A stretch of 64,000 nt of DNA from Phycisphaerales bacterium. GTDB taxonomy: Bacteria > Planctomycetota > Phycisphaerae > Phycisphaerales > SM1A02. How positions within the stretch are numbered: position 1 is the first letter of the stretch; every line of letters begins with the position of its first letter. This document shows, one piece after another, positions 53,267 to 63,729 of this stretch. Made by a program: the position numbers and the translations under genes. Below the pieces are notes generated by a model. It saw only the letters and a list, made by a program, of their open reading frames with translations. It had not been told where the DNA came from and searched no databases. Location: assembly GCA_036475395.1 (NCBI GenBank), contig JAZFYE010000126.1, positions 6,850 to 70,849 on the forward strand. Direction: 5' to 3'.

Positions 53267-53796
53267 AACGAACCATCGCGACGGGCCTTTTGGTTACAAC
53301 AACTCTCCTTCTTGGGTGCGCGGTATATCAGGCGTATCCGGGGAACGCACGGCCGCGCGCCGAGGTTGCCGTACTCTTCGTGCCGTGGACCAGCATGACC
53401 GTGGACGGGGAACCGGTGATTACGAAGAACGTGAGTCGGATCGAGCTTCTGCCCGGGTCTCATGTCATTGAGTGGGTGTTTGTCTATCCCAATGACTTCA
53501 AAGAGAGCAAGCGGCTGGAATTTGTGGCCGAGGCGGGGAAGCGCTACCGGCTCGGCCAACTGTTCTTTGCGGCTGCCGGCTTGGGCGGAGTCATCGTGGC
53601 GGTCGCCGACTTGGCGCTCGACACAGCGCTTGTACCGCTCAAGCTCCTGCTAGGATCCGAGGCGCCAGCGGCCGCACCCGAGGGCGAGTACTACACGTGG
53701 ATTCTGGAGCGGCAAACTCGACACGTGGTGGCGGGGATGGCTCCCGATGTGCCGCAGGTCCATCAGACGATCACGTACGTACCCGCCGACGAGTGA
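53263..53796 (+). CDS. lipoprotein, function unknown
   Basis: MKRTIATGLLVTTTLLLGCAVYQ has lipobox L-L-G-C. AAGGAGAG RBS. 4-nt overlap with the upstream gene. Confidence 0.7.
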   Translation: MKRTIATGLLVTTTLLLGCAVYQAYPGNARPRAEVAVLFVPWTSMTVDGEPVITKNVSRIELLPGSHVIEWVFVYPNDFKESKRLEFVAEAGKRYRLGQLFFAAAGLGGVIVAVADLALDTALVPLKLLLGSEAPAAAPEGEYYTWILERQTRHVVAGMAPDVPQVHQTITYVPADE

Positions 53797-54144
53797 TAGC
53801 GACCATTTCGCGCGTCCAACTGGTCCTGGAGCCAAAACACGCGGTTGGGCCGCCAGGGGAGCGGTTCTGTCCGTAAACCATGATATTCCAGAATGTTACA
53901 GCAATTTGCTGAGCTGATGTTCCGGTCCGCAGGTACGCTGTCTCTTCAAAAACCCAGAAAAAAACACCAAATCTACCATCTTGCCTTGCCCTCTTCGCCG
54001 ACCTAGGTACCCTATTTGGCGGTAGCGCAAGGTGATCCGGCTCTCGTAGATGACTGTGTGGAGCCGCGAGCGCGCGACGAAGCGGGTTCCCATGCCTCCG
54101 CCAGGATGGAGGGGGTAGGGGCGAGAAAGACGGAGATAGGGCTT

Positions 54145-54867
54145 GTGGTTGGTGTAAAGTGCGCATGGATAACTAGCCTATCGCTAGGCTTGGCACTGTC
54201 GAGTGCTGCGCACGGGTCGTTTCTCGATCCGTTTGAGTATGCGGGCAGTGAAGGAACGCTGCTGGGCCTGATGCAGCAAGACGCCGGCGACGGTCAGGGG
54301 GGAGCCGGCGTATTCGCCGGCGCCGGATTTGGGTCCAACATGGTCAACGTGTTCCTGGCGGATTTGTCCAACGCCTCCTCGGGAATGAGTAACGCCGGCA
54401 TGACCCTGTTTGTGATGTGGGGCAACGGCGAAGACCTCGCCAGCGACTATAGCGCCACTATTTCATTCACGGACATGTTCAACGTCGGTGAAGACGGTGT
54501 CTTCACGGACGGGGTGTCAGAGATCTTTGCCCTTGGTGAAGGTGTGACCATTGTCGACGGGCTCATCGCTCTCACCGCAAACGGCCCCGGTTTTGGGAGT
54601 ATCGACCCGAGTACCGAGACGCCACGCGGATTTGCGATCACCAATTTGCAAGCCGTCGACGAAGGTGAGTTAGTGCTCGCGTTCTTGTTACTGCAGGGGT
54701 CGATCCAAGAGGCCGGCCTCTTCAACTATGGCGATCCCAATCCCGAGCTGATCGACGGCGACTTGCACATACCACTGCCGGTGATGATGCCCCTACCACC
54801 TCCGCTTGGTCTGGCGCTGGCAGGCTTGATCGGCGTGGTGTTATTCCGCCGGCGTATGACCTCCTAA
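54145..54867 (+). CDS. secreted protein with a PEP-CTERM-like (PLP variant) C-terminal sorting signal
   Basis: The C-terminus HIPLPVMMPLPPPLGLALAGLIGVVLFRRRMTS has the same architecture as 49007-49825. The likely start is GTG 54145 (GGAGA upstream), giving signal peptide (M)VGVKCAWITSLSLGLALSSAAHG. The track ORF begins at 54016. Confidence 0.65.
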   Translation: MVGVKCAWITSLSLGLALSSAAHGSFLDPFEYAGSEGTLLGLMQQDAGDGQGGAGVFAGAGFGSNMVNVFLADLSNASSGMSNAGMTLFVMWGNGEDLASDYSATISFTDMFNVGEDGVFTDGVSEIFALGEGVTIVDGLIALTANGPGFGSIDPSTETPRGFAITNLQAVDEGELVLAFLLLQGSIQEAGLFNYGDPNPELIDGDLHIPLPVMMPLPPPLGLALAGLIGVVLFRRRMTS

Positions 54868-54906
54868 GGCTAGCTACGCGCACAGTTTAATAGGCAAAAA
54901 CAGGCA

Positions 54907-54929
54907 GGGCCGATCACGAGGATCGGCCC
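54907..54929. terminator. bidirectional intrinsic terminator between convergent genes
   Basis: GGGCCGATC-acgag-GATCGGCCC is a 9-bp GC-rich stem. The minus strand continues tgccuguuuuug and the plus strand cauuguuaag. It lies between the stops at 54867 (+) and 54992 (-). Confidence 0.55.
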
Positions 54930-54991
54930 CATTGTTAAGAGGAAGTTCGGCGCCCGGGAGAATCAGGGAGGATGTTTAAGTCGCCGGGTGC

Positions 54992-57900
54992 TCATCGTTC
55001 GCTCAATCCGATCGTTGTCGCTCTTTGTTCAACAACTGGTCGCGCTTGGTCGAGGCGCTGCTGGATTTGCTCGATCCGCGCCGCCACAGCCCTGTCTGCG
55101 CCGGGCGCTTTAGCCGCCGCGCCCCGAGCGACTGCCAACTCGACCTCTGCGCCATCGAAGCGAGACTGGCCGATGAGGCACTCTACCAGAGTGAGACGCA
55201 AGTCTGGGTCGTTGGGCCGCGCCGAGACCGCCAGCCGTGCATTGCGCTCCGCCTCATCCAACCGGTCCAACCCGATTAGCGCCTGTGCATACGTATCCAG
55301 CACCCCCGGGTTCCCTGGGTCAATCTTGATTGCGCGTAAGGCGAGCGCCGCGGCCTCGTTGTATTTTCCGGCTAGTTGGATAAGTGCGTAGGCAAGATTG
55401 TTGAGCGCGACCACGTGCCTTGGTTGAAGTTCCAGCACCTTGCCGTAATGAAGTTCCGTGGCGGGAAGATCGCCGCGGTAGGATGCGATAGTCGCACGCA
55501 GCAGGTGCACCTGAACGATCGGTGCTCCTGCAGACTCAGCGGTATTGGCAAGATTCTCACCCCGCTCGTAGTAACTCGGATCATCGGCACGTCGACCCAG
55601 GTCTGCCCACGCCTTAGCCAACATCACGGTGCCCTCAGGCGTTTCCGTGAGGACCGGCTCGATCAACTCTAGAAGCTCGTAGCACGAGTTGTCCTCGAGC
55701 ACCAGCGCCAGCGCCAGCAGCTGATTGTGCCATCGCTGAGCCTCGGACGCCAACTGCTGAATCAGCAACGCAGCGTGATCGATCTGCCCGCCAAGCAACA
55801 ACGCCCGCAGCCAGAGCATTACCTGATCGGGGAAGCGCGCACGCTGATCCCAAATGCGGTCGACGTGGGGCGCAAGTCGTTTGACCGCGGAGGCGGGACT
55901 CCCCAACTCGAGGTGCACTGACGCAATGAACGTGTCGGGTCCGATGACCCTAACGAACGAACGTCGCCGCCAGGTCTGGGCTGCATAAACGGATTCGTCT
56001 AGACGGCCTGCATCAAAGAGCATGCGCGCAGCCCATTCGGCGGGCCTCGGGTCATTGGGCAGGCGAGCAGCGGCTCGATTCGCCAACCCTACCGCCTCGT
56101 CGACACGGCCCGACTGCACGTGCAGCATGACACTCAGCTGCCACGCGGGCAAGAATGAAGGATGATCGAGCACAAGTTGCTGGGCATCAACGAGATCGCC
56201 AGCAGTCGGCGCTAGCGCGCCTCGATCGTCCTTCGCTTGGACAAGCAGTCTCAGCGTGGCCCGCAACGGCTCATGTTCTCTCCCGAGGGTTTTGATCAAC
56301 CGCAAGGCTTCCTCGCGTGTTGTGCCGTTGGTGCTGATGCTGGCAATCGCCAGGGTTGTCAGGAGCGCGCCGTTCTTCGAATCGACCTCCAGGCCGCGGA
56401 GCGCGGCCTGCCGTGCGTCGTCGGGGCTGCCAATCGCCAGATAATTCACGGCCAATCTGTTCCAAGCCTCTGTGCTCCCTGGCGAAATCTCCACTGCTCG
56501 TTGGAAGAACCGACCGGCCTCATCAAGATCGCCGTGATCCTGGTGAAACAAGCCGAGCATCAACAGCTTGCTTGCAGAGTCACCATCGATCTCAAGTGCC
56601 TGGAGCAACGCCAAGCCCTTGTGAAATCGGCCCCTCTGGGCATAGAAGTCGGCGGCACGTCTCACCGCCATCTCGCTTCGCTCAGGCGAGGCGAGTAGCC
56701 GTGTGTAGATCTGCTCGGCGTCGTCGTAGCGCCCGGCCCGCAAGTAAAGTGACGCCAGGGGGAGCTGCTCGGACTCGTCTGACGTCTCATCCACCAATTG
56801 GCTGATCCTGGCAATGCACGTCTTCAAGTCACCCGGGGCTAGGTCAACCTGGGCTAGGAGAAGCTGCAGCTCGGCTCGGCGTATCGCAGAATCTCGATAC
56901 GGCCGTGATGCCAGCCTTTTCAGGTATTGCCCCGCCTCTCCGAGGTCGCCCACCTTCTGCGACAGAGAAATCAGTCGGGGATAGAGCGTGACGTCGGAAG
57001 GATAAAGGTTGATCGCTCGCTTGAGGTGCTGAATCGCAATTTCCGGTCGTGCGTCTTCACCAGCCACGAGAAGCGACGCCATCAGCGTGAGCGCATGTTT
57101 GGAATCGGGTGTACGCTGCAGGACATCACGAACCAGACCGGTTGCATGCGCGATCGATGCCGGGTCGTCTCGCTGGAAACGGTACCGGTATGTTGCCTCG
57201 GCGAGCATGGCCCGCGGCGAGTGATCGCCAACCGTCCGGCTCAGCGTGTCGATCGCCGCCCTGATGATCGCGGCGTCCTTCCACGCTTCCTCCTGTCCAA
57301 GCGCGAACTCGGCCGCAGCCAGCGAGTTCGGTTCGTGCGCCAGCAGTTGCGCAATGCCTGCGAGCGCTTTCTCATCGCCTTCGACGAGCATGAGCTGGGT
57401 CCGGATCAGTTGCGCCTGTACCGCGGTATGACTCCGGTCGGCCACCGTCGCGAAGGTGCGGTCCACCAGGGCATAGGCCTCATCAGCGCGACCAAGGTGC
57501 ATCAGGATTCGCGCCTGACGACCGGCGAGCGCCAGCGTCAAACCGGACCGCTCCCCGCTACGAGCCAACAGCCGTTGTTCATAGCTGAGCTCCCACTGCT
57601 GACTGATTTCGGCCAACCGTGTCAACGTACGGACGTCAGTCTGGTCATCCCGCAGCACGCGCTCGATGAGGGCGACGGCATTATCCGAATCTCCTCGCCG
57701 CAAGTACGCTTCTGCCAGCAGCGACAATATCTCGGCGTGCAACGGAAACTGCTCATCAAGTGCAAGCAGCAACTTGAGCACATCCGACTCTCGTTCGAAA
57801 CCTGGGTCGGCTAATCCTACCTGGTCAGGGGCGCTGTCAAATGCGAGCCACGCTTTCGCCAGGAGAAGGTAGGCGCGCAGGCCGGCATTGGGCGCTCGCC

Positions 57901-59272
57901 GGATAACTTTCCTCAGGTCCTCGAAGGCTTCCGCGTGGCGGCCAAGAGCAAGAAACGATTCGGCCTGAGCAAGTTGTATCGCCATCCAATGGGGATCGAG
58001 CCGTTCCGCGCGCTCTAGAATTGAGAGTGCGAGATCATGCTCGCCAACTCCGTGATACGCTTTTGCTAGAAGATACTGCAAGACAGCATCGTTGGGTTCA
58101 AGTGCAAGCGCTCGCTCATACGACGCAAGGGCGTCAAGCCAGTTCGATTCGGAAACGTACTGACTGGCACGGATCGCCTCCACCCAGCCGCGACTGGCGT
58201 CCCGATCCGCCGATCCGCTTGCTTCAGCTAGGCTCGATAGTTTCTCAAGCGCCTTGTTCGCCTCGTCACGCTCGCCCCCGACCGTGTGCAGCAGGGCCCG
58301 CCACCGGAGAAGGTTCATCTGAGTGTCGCCAAAGGCCTCTTCGGCCTGCGCGAGCACCTCCAATGCGTCCTCGATTCGCAACGCCTGCCATAGCCGACGT
58401 ATCGCCGTTTCGAAGACCCAAGGTTCGTTGGGAAACTTCGATCGTTCTTCAACCAGGAGCTCTTCGGCGAGTTCCCGCAAGCCCATCAACTCGAGTATTT
58501 CCACCATAGCCTCAAGCACTTCTTGCGAATCAGCTCCAAGCTTGACCGCCTCAACCAGCTCCTCTTTGGCTTGTTGCAGGTGACCGTATCCAGCCAGAAC
58601 CTCTACCTTGAGCAGTCGGAAGCGGCCGTCACGCTCGTCCTCGGCGATCCATTCATCACACACGTCGAGGACGGCGCGTTCGCTGACATCCTGCCGCTGT
58701 AGACACTTGACGTAGAGAACTCGCCAGCCGATCTTCCGAGGTTCGAGCTTGCAGAGCTTCCGGGCGATGTCGGCTGTCTGTTTGAGTCGCCCCTGCTGGA
58801 AGGCAGCGGCGGCTTTCATCGACCAGGCATCGATGTGTTCAGGCTCAAGCGCAATGATTCGATCCGCTACATCCGCGCCCTCGACGCGGTGGCCAAACCG
58901 GCGGTAAAGCACCAGCAGGTGCTCCAGCGCCTCACGGTTTTCGGAGTGCACGCGCAGCACCGCCTGATACCGCTGTACTGCCTCCCGCAAGTGGCCGTTG
59001 TTGACACTGGGAACCTTCGAGCGAGCGTCAGCGAAAGCGAGCAGGACTTCCAAATCACGCTTGCGGTACGTCAGGTAATAGCTGAGCCTGCCCAGGGCTG
59101 TTTCATAATGTCCATCGCTGTAGGCCTCCATCCCTTGGATGCGAGCTTCAGTTACCAGGCGCTCAATCTGCGCGGTCCTGATGACTCGCCACCCCCAGAT
59201 CCCGCATACTCCCACACCGATAACCACCGCGAGCACGAGCGCACGCCGTTTGGCTCGCCGACTAAGACGCAT
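54992..59272 (-). CDS. very large TPR-repeat protein with an N-terminal TM anchor (exosortase-locus associated, PrsT-like role possible)
   Basis: 1426 aa from ATG 59272 (MRLSRRAKRRALVLAVVIGVGVCGIWGW). TPR-like A/L/Y/G periodicity runs throughout. 1-nt overlap with the upstream sugar transferase stop. Confidence 0.8.
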   Translation of the reverse strand: MRLSRRAKRRALVLAVVIGVGVCGIWGWRVIRTAQIERLVTEARIQGMEAYSDGHYETALGRLSYYLTYRKRDLEVLLAFADARSKVPSVNNGHLREAVQRYQAVLRVHSENREALEHLLVLYRRFGHRVEGADVADRIIALEPEHIDAWSMKAAAAFQQGRLKQTADIARKLCKLEPRKIGWRVLYVKCLQRQDVSERAVLDVCDEWIAEDERDGRFRLLKVEVLAGYGHLQQAKEELVEAVKLGADSQEVLEAMVEILELMGLRELAEELLVEERSKFPNEPWVFETAIRRLWQALRIEDALEVLAQAEEAFGDTQMNLLRWRALLHTVGGERDEANKALEKLSSLAEASGSADRDASRGWVEAIRASQYVSESNWLDALASYERALALEPNDAVLQYLLAKAYHGVGEHDLALSILERAERLDPHWMAIQLAQAESFLALGRHAEAFEDLRKVIRRAPNAGLRAYLLLAKAWLAFDSAPDQVGLADPGFERESDVLKLLLALDEQFPLHAEILSLLAEAYLRRGDSDNAVALIERVLRDDQTDVRTLTRLAEISQQWELSYEQRLLARSGERSGLTLALAGRQARILMHLGRADEAYALVDRTFATVADRSHTAVQAQLIRTQLMLVEGDEKALAGIAQLLAHEPNSLAAAEFALGQEEAWKDAAIIRAAIDTLSRTVGDHSPRAMLAEATYRYRFQRDDPASIAHATGLVRDVLQRTPDSKHALTLMASLLVAGEDARPEIAIQHLKRAINLYPSDVTLYPRLISLSQKVGDLGEAGQYLKRLASRPYRDSAIRRAELQLLLAQVDLAPGDLKTCIARISQLVDETSDESEQLPLASLYLRAGRYDDAEQIYTRLLASPERSEMAVRRAADFYAQRGRFHKGLALLQALEIDGDSASKLLMLGLFHQDHGDLDEAGRFFQRAVEISPGSTEAWNRLAVNYLAIGSPDDARQAALRGLEVDSKNGALLTTLAIASISTNGTTREEALRLIKTLGREHEPLRATLRLLVQAKDDRGALAPTAGDLVDAQQLVLDHPSFLPAWQLSVMLHVQSGRVDEAVGLANRAAARLPNDPRPAEWAARMLFDAGRLDESVYAAQTWRRRSFVRVIGPDTFIASVHLELGSPASAVKRLAPHVDRIWDQRARFPDQVMLWLRALLLGGQIDHAALLIQQLASEAQRWHNQLLALALVLEDNSCYELLELIEPVLTETPEGTVMLAKAWADLGRRADDPSYYERGENLANTAESAGAPIVQVHLLRATIASYRGDLPATELHYGKVLELQPRHVVALNNLAYALIQLAGKYNEAAALALRAIKIDPGNPGVLDTYAQALIGLDRLDEAERNARLAVSARPNDPDLRLTLVECLIGQSRFDGAEVELAVARGAAAKAPGADRAVAARIEQIQQRLDQARPVVEQRATTIGLSER

Positions 59273-60723
59273 CAGGCTCGACTCCCCAGCAGCAGCACCC
59301 ACGCGGTCTTGAAGCAGAGTTTCAGATCGTACCAGAAGCTGGCCCGACGAACGTATTCCATGTCATACCTGATCCACTCCTGGAAATCCTCGCCCGGCGC
59401 GCGTGTCCGCCGAACCTGCCAGAGGCCGGTGATCCCAGGGCGAACGCTGAGCCGCAGGTCGCGCCACGCCGGGCAGTACTGGTTTTCTTGATCCGGACTG
59501 GGGCGCGGGCCGACAATGCTCATCTGACCGCGCAGAACGTTGAAGAACTGAGGGAACTCGTCGATCTGAAAACGACGTAAGATGGCGCCGATCCGTGTGA
59601 TACGGGGATCATTCTTGATCAACACCTGCGGGCCGTCACAGAGGTTCCGGTCGGCAAGCTCAGTTTCCATCCTTTCCGCTTCGCGACTCATCGTGCGGAA
59701 TTTCCAGCACCGGAAAAGTCGCCCGCCTCGAGATTGGCGTACATGCCCAAAGAACACCGGCCGCCCATCGTCCAACAAGATGCAGACCGCGACGGTCGCG
59801 AACAACGGTGCAGCCAGCAGGATGACAACGGCGCTCATGACGATGTCGAAGATTCGCTTGGCGGCGCCGGTACCGAAGTTCGACGCGGGCAACTCCTGCA
59901 GATCCTGGGGGATGTGCCCAAGATCGACATTGCGGATATCGCGGACCCCGGGGTTGGCCCTATCCCAACCAAGGCTTGGCTGTTGATCCGCCATCCAGGC
60001 CGGTCCAACCACGCATGCGCCCGGCTCGACGGCATCACCGTTTCCAAGCCAGATCGGACCAATAACATCTGCGTCGCGGGCGAGCTCAGCCCCAGCTATT
60101 GCCCAGACGCCGTCAGCGATCTGCTCGATCCCGTCGACCACACGCGCCGGATCAGGCCAGGTCGCCACCAATTCACTGATCAGTGATCCCTCCTCTTTGG
60201 TACTGCCTTCGGTAAAGCACCGGCCGGTACAGCGCCAATGATCTAGCTTCGACCAAGCGACGGACCGTCGGACCTGATCCCACCCGACACGTCGACTCGA
60301 TGCGGCCGCCCAGAGTTCGGCGATCGTTCGGCTCGCGGTCAACATGACCCGATAGGCACATCGAGCCCGAGGTCGATACACACGTTCGATCTTTGTAACC
60401 AAGCCATACTCATCAATAACGACCCGCTCGCGGTAGGGCTCACCGTCCTCGTCAACAATCCGCAAGCGTGTAACTGTCGCCTTTCGCCAGATGAGCCGAT
60501 CGATGAGCTTGGCGAGATCGAAGAGGACCAGTTGGCCCGGCTCCATGAGGAGATACAGTTCCGCGGCGCCTTGGGTGGGTCGGATCGTCCCGCGCCGGAC
60601 GCAGTCTACTCCCCGGGCGCGCCAATAGGCGTCGTGGAGTTCGCGCGCGCTCAAACCCCATACGGCCACACCATTGGTGCCGCACGAGACGGACGACGCT
60701 TCTGGTCGCTCGACGATTTGCAT
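59272..60723 (-). CDS. polyprenyl-phosphate glycosyl-1-phosphate (sugar) transferase, EPS initiating enzyme (WbaP/EpsB-like C-domain)
   Basis: The bacterial sugar transferase block is KRIFDIVMSAVVILLAAPLFATVAVCILLDDGRPVFFGHVRQSRGGRLFRCWKFRTM...DPRITRIGAILRRFQIDEFPQFFNVLRGQMSIVGPRP. Confidence 0.85.
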   Translation of the reverse strand: MQIVERPEASSVSCGTNGVAVWGLSARELHDAYWRARGVDCVRRGTIRPTQGAAELYLLMEPGQLVLFDLAKLIDRLIWRKATVTRLRIVDEDGEPYRERVVIDEYGLVTKIERVYRPRARCAYRVMLTASRTIAELWAAASSRRVGWDQVRRSVAWSKLDHWRCTGRCFTEGSTKEEGSLISELVATWPDPARVVDGIEQIADGVWAIAGAELARDADVIGPIWLGNGDAVEPGACVVGPAWMADQQPSLGWDRANPGVRDIRNVDLGHIPQDLQELPASNFGTGAAKRIFDIVMSAVVILLAAPLFATVAVCILLDDGRPVFFGHVRQSRGGRLFRCWKFRTMSREAERMETELADRNLCDGPQVLIKNDPRITRIGAILRRFQIDEFPQFFNVLRGQMSIVGPRPSPDQENQYCPAWRDLRLSVRPGITGLWQVRRTRAPGEDFQEWIRYDMEYVRRASFWYDLKLCFKTAWVLLLGSRA

Positions 60724-60752
60724 TCGGTTCTGTTTCGTTGAATTTGGCGGCG

Positions 60753-63032
60753 TCAGTCGTCAGGCCAGTGATGCCGCGACGCGGATTCCATCGCGCGAAC
60801 TAGCGCATTCTCCCTACTAATCGAGGCGCCGAGCGTAACGTTATTGCCGGCACCTGCCGAGTCTGCGTCCTCGTGATCTCGTGCAGCGCGTGCTCGGGTG
60901 AGAGAGGACCCAGACACATAGCGATCGCAGTCTGAGGATGCAGCGTAATTGAGCACAACCCCGAAGCAGGCCGTTCCGACGGTTTCAAGGTCCTTGATGC
61001 AGTCCTCCAGCCGCGAGCGCCGCCTGCCCCGGCGAACCGACAGGAGCACGGCATCGGCAGCAGACGCGACGGGAAGAGCTTCTAGGCTGCCCGGTAGCGG
61101 CCCTGTATCGACAAGGATCACGTCGAACTTGGCCCGCAGTTGGGCGAATAGTTCGTCCAGGTCGTCCTGGCGAATCGCCTCCGGCCCATACGTCGCGCTG
61201 GCACCGGCTGGCAGAAAGCTGAGATTGGGAACCGTCAGCGAGACGAACTCCCCGTCGACTCGCCCCGAGCGCAAGACTTCCTTGAGTCCCTGTTGGCCAC
61301 TGTAACCCAATTGGGAGGTCAGGCTCTGACCCGAGATGTCGCAGTCCACAAGAACGGTCCGATGACCCGCGGACGCGTACGACCAGCCCAGCGCGAGGAC
61401 GATGCTCGTTTTCCCGTCACCCTGGTATGGACTGCTCACGGCCAGTACAAAGCTTGCGTTCCGATCGCGCATAGCCTCGATGTGATTGCGAATCTGGTGT
61501 GCACAGTGAGCAGCCACCGCACAAGACTGCTCATCCACGACGCCTCTGGCCAAATCAGGAAGTACGCCCAGGCAGCGCAATCCGGTGCGCCGATCGGTGA
61601 TTTGCGCGGAGGCGTAGGCCCGGCGGTCGATCGCACTGACGAAAAAGAACAACCCGAAGGTCAGGGCGAAACCGCTGACGGCGCCCACCGCTGCGAGTTT
61701 ACGACGACGGTCACTCGAGGGAGCCACCGGCCTTTCTCCCAGAGCCGCGATCATGCTTCTCCCGGTGCGACCAGATTGCTGCTCGATTTCCAGGTATTTG
61801 ATTCGCTCGGCCACTTCGCCCAGATCGCTTTTGATATCGTCAGCTTCAGCTCGAAAGGACTCCAGGGCATTTTGCTCGGTCACCACTTGGCGGATCTGTG
61901 TGCGGCACACATCGGCCTTCTCCGACAGCCTTTGCAGCTCACGCTCAAGCTCCTTACGAGAGCGGGCCGCGCCGATGATTGGAGCGTCGACGAGGCCTTG
62001 CTCACGGGCGGTTTCCCACTCGGCAAGCGCGATCTTCTCCCGCTCGACGACGAGCTGTTCGAACTCTTGGAGTTCCCTTTCGAGCCGGATGTATGCTTGG
62101 TAGGTGGGTTTCCATCGGACCTTGGCCTGTTCGAACCGAATTCGAAGACCGTTCCGCCATTGACGCAAATCAGCCAGCTGGGGATCGAAAGCGTCCAGGT
62201 GATGGGCCACCGTCCCGCTCACTGCCGGCGCGCGGGGTTCCGCAGTTTGGGTCGGCGACGGTGTTAGCGAGAGGACTTCTTCCACCGCTTCGATGTCGTA
62301 CTCGATCTGCCCGAGCCGCGCGTACTTGCTGTCCAACAGTCGCCCGAGATCGCCAGCGCCGTATTCCGCGTCTCGAACCAACTCCTTAATCTGGTTGCGC
62401 ATATCGACACGTTGCCGTTTCAGGTCACCTTCGCGCAGGCGCAGCGTTCGCAGCGTCTTTGCTGCTCCGTCCCTACCGGATCCGTAGATGTCGTCGTAGG
62501 ATTTGATGACAGCATTGACCACCACCTGAGCGACATCCGGAGAGTCCGCATCGAACCGAACTTCAATCAGCTCGGTGCCGCGTTTAGCCTCCACCTGCAG
62601 TTGTCTCTTCAGAACTCGAAGCACACCTGGCTGTTGGGCCCACGCCAACGAAGAAAGCGTGTCATCCTCAAGGGCCTTGGCCAGAACGCGACGACTCAAA
62701 AGCAACCGGGCCTGGGTCTGAACGAAGTTCTGATACATCGGCAGCAATCCAGTCTCCGGCGTCGCGCGCAGGATCGGCGAGATCATCGGCGCGATCCGGA
62801 TCAATCCGGCGCTTTGGTACTTTGGTACCGTGGAGAAGTATGCCGCTACGCCTAAGAGCGTGCCAAGGATGACCCCGGTAATCAAAGCTGATCGCCAGCG
62901 GCCTCGGAGCCGATTATCGACGACAGCCCACAGGCTCCTGGCGCTTCCGTCTTCGAACGGCTCTGCGTGATCATAGTTCACCGGGGGCCGTGAAAGTACG
63001 ACTGCCGATTCGCGTTCTTCATGCATCATCAT
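60753..63032 (-). CDS. polysaccharide co-polymerase / tyrosine autokinase-like protein (Wzc/GumC/EpsG type)
   Basis: N-terminal Wzz-like TM segment (ALITGVILGTLLGVAAYF), long coiled coil, second TM segment, and a C-terminal P-loop domain SSPYQGDGKTSIVLALGWSYASAG ... VLVDCD ... ILVDTGP. ATG cluster at 63024-63032. Confidence 0.85.
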   Translation of the reverse strand: MMMHEERESAVVLSRPPVNYDHAEPFEDGSARSLWAVVDNRLRGRWRSALITGVILGTLLGVAAYFSTVPKYQSAGLIRIAPMISPILRATPETGLLPMYQNFVQTQARLLLSRRVLAKALEDDTLSSLAWAQQPGVLRVLKRQLQVEAKRGTELIEVRFDADSPDVAQVVVNAVIKSYDDIYGSGRDGAAKTLRTLRLREGDLKRQRVDMRNQIKELVRDAEYGAGDLGRLLDSKYARLGQIEYDIEAVEEVLSLTPSPTQTAEPRAPAVSGTVAHHLDAFDPQLADLRQWRNGLRIRFEQAKVRWKPTYQAYIRLERELQEFEQLVVEREKIALAEWETAREQGLVDAPIIGAARSRKELERELQRLSEKADVCRTQIRQVVTEQNALESFRAEADDIKSDLGEVAERIKYLEIEQQSGRTGRSMIAALGERPVAPSSDRRRKLAAVGAVSGFALTFGLFFFVSAIDRRAYASAQITDRRTGLRCLGVLPDLARGVVDEQSCAVAAHCAHQIRNHIEAMRDRNASFVLAVSSPYQGDGKTSIVLALGWSYASAGHRTVLVDCDISGQSLTSQLGYSGQQGLKEVLRSGRVDGEFVSLTVPNLSFLPAGASATYGPEAIRQDDLDELFAQLRAKFDVILVDTGPLPGSLEALPVASAADAVLLSVRRGRRRSRLEDCIKDLETVGTACFGVVLNYAASSDCDRYVSGSSLTRARAARDHEDADSAGAGNNVTLGASISRENALVRAMESASRHHWPDD

Positions 63033-63729
63033 CACCTTCTTTCCATACGTCAAGGGCTCTAAGCACGCCTGGCAAAGCCTCCAGCAGTTCGTTCGCCTCG
63101 GAGAGCGCCGTCTCGTCGCTGATGATCAGCGATGAAATGATTTGGAGTTGAGCGACACCCAACGACGCCACACTCAGACGATCCGCAAGTTTGCTGATGT
63201 CGTCCCGCTCTGGCGTCAAAGACCCGTCCGGCAAGACGAACACGTTCAAAATGCGAATTCGGGTCTCCAAGCCGATCTCGCTGAACCGGCTGAACATGTA
63301 CACGGCGACGGGAAGATCCTTATCCTTGAGCGTGAGTGAGTCACGCCGGCTGGAAACCAACTTCCATCCCGCGCTGGGGTAACAATTGGGTGGGTAATGT
63401 CCGCCCATATCGCGCGCGTCAGTACAGTGAACAAGTAAAAGGTTGATCGAGGGTCCTCCATCGATCGGCTCGAATCGCCGACTGAGAATGGCATTGGGAT
63501 GAAGGAGTTCAATGGCGGCCGGTGGAATCTCGATTGGTGTACTGATCCAGCGACCAACCCGATACGGCACCGCCATCACCGCCTGCTTGACTGCTTCAAG
63601 TTTACTGAGCGTTGCTGGGTCGACGCTTGTACTGTTCGGGAACATGATTGCCAAGGCCACGAGCAAGCCAGCCGTCATCAACGGAGCGGTATACCTCAGG
63701 GCCTTCAGGGCTGCGAGGCGGCAGGTCAT
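63019..63729 (-). CDS. EpsI-family exosortase-associated protein
   Basis: AVPYRVGRWISTPIEIPPAAIELLHPNAILSRRF and GGHYPPNCYPSAGW match the EpsI pattern (..igGW.g....l.....L......Y ... HsPe.ClpGaGW). ATG 63729 makes an ATGA overlap with the exosortase stop. Confidence 0.75.
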   Translation of the reverse strand: MTCRLAALKALRYTAPLMTAGLLVALAIMFPNSTSVDPATLSKLEAVKQAVMAVPYRVGRWISTPIEIPPAAIELLHPNAILSRRFEPIDGGPSINLLLVHCTDARDMGGHYPPNCYPSAGWKLVSSRRDSLTLKDKDLPVAVYMFSRFSEIGLETRIRILNVFVLPDGSLTPERDDISKLADRLSVASLGVAQLQIISSLIISDETALSEANELLEALPGVLRALDVWKEGDDDA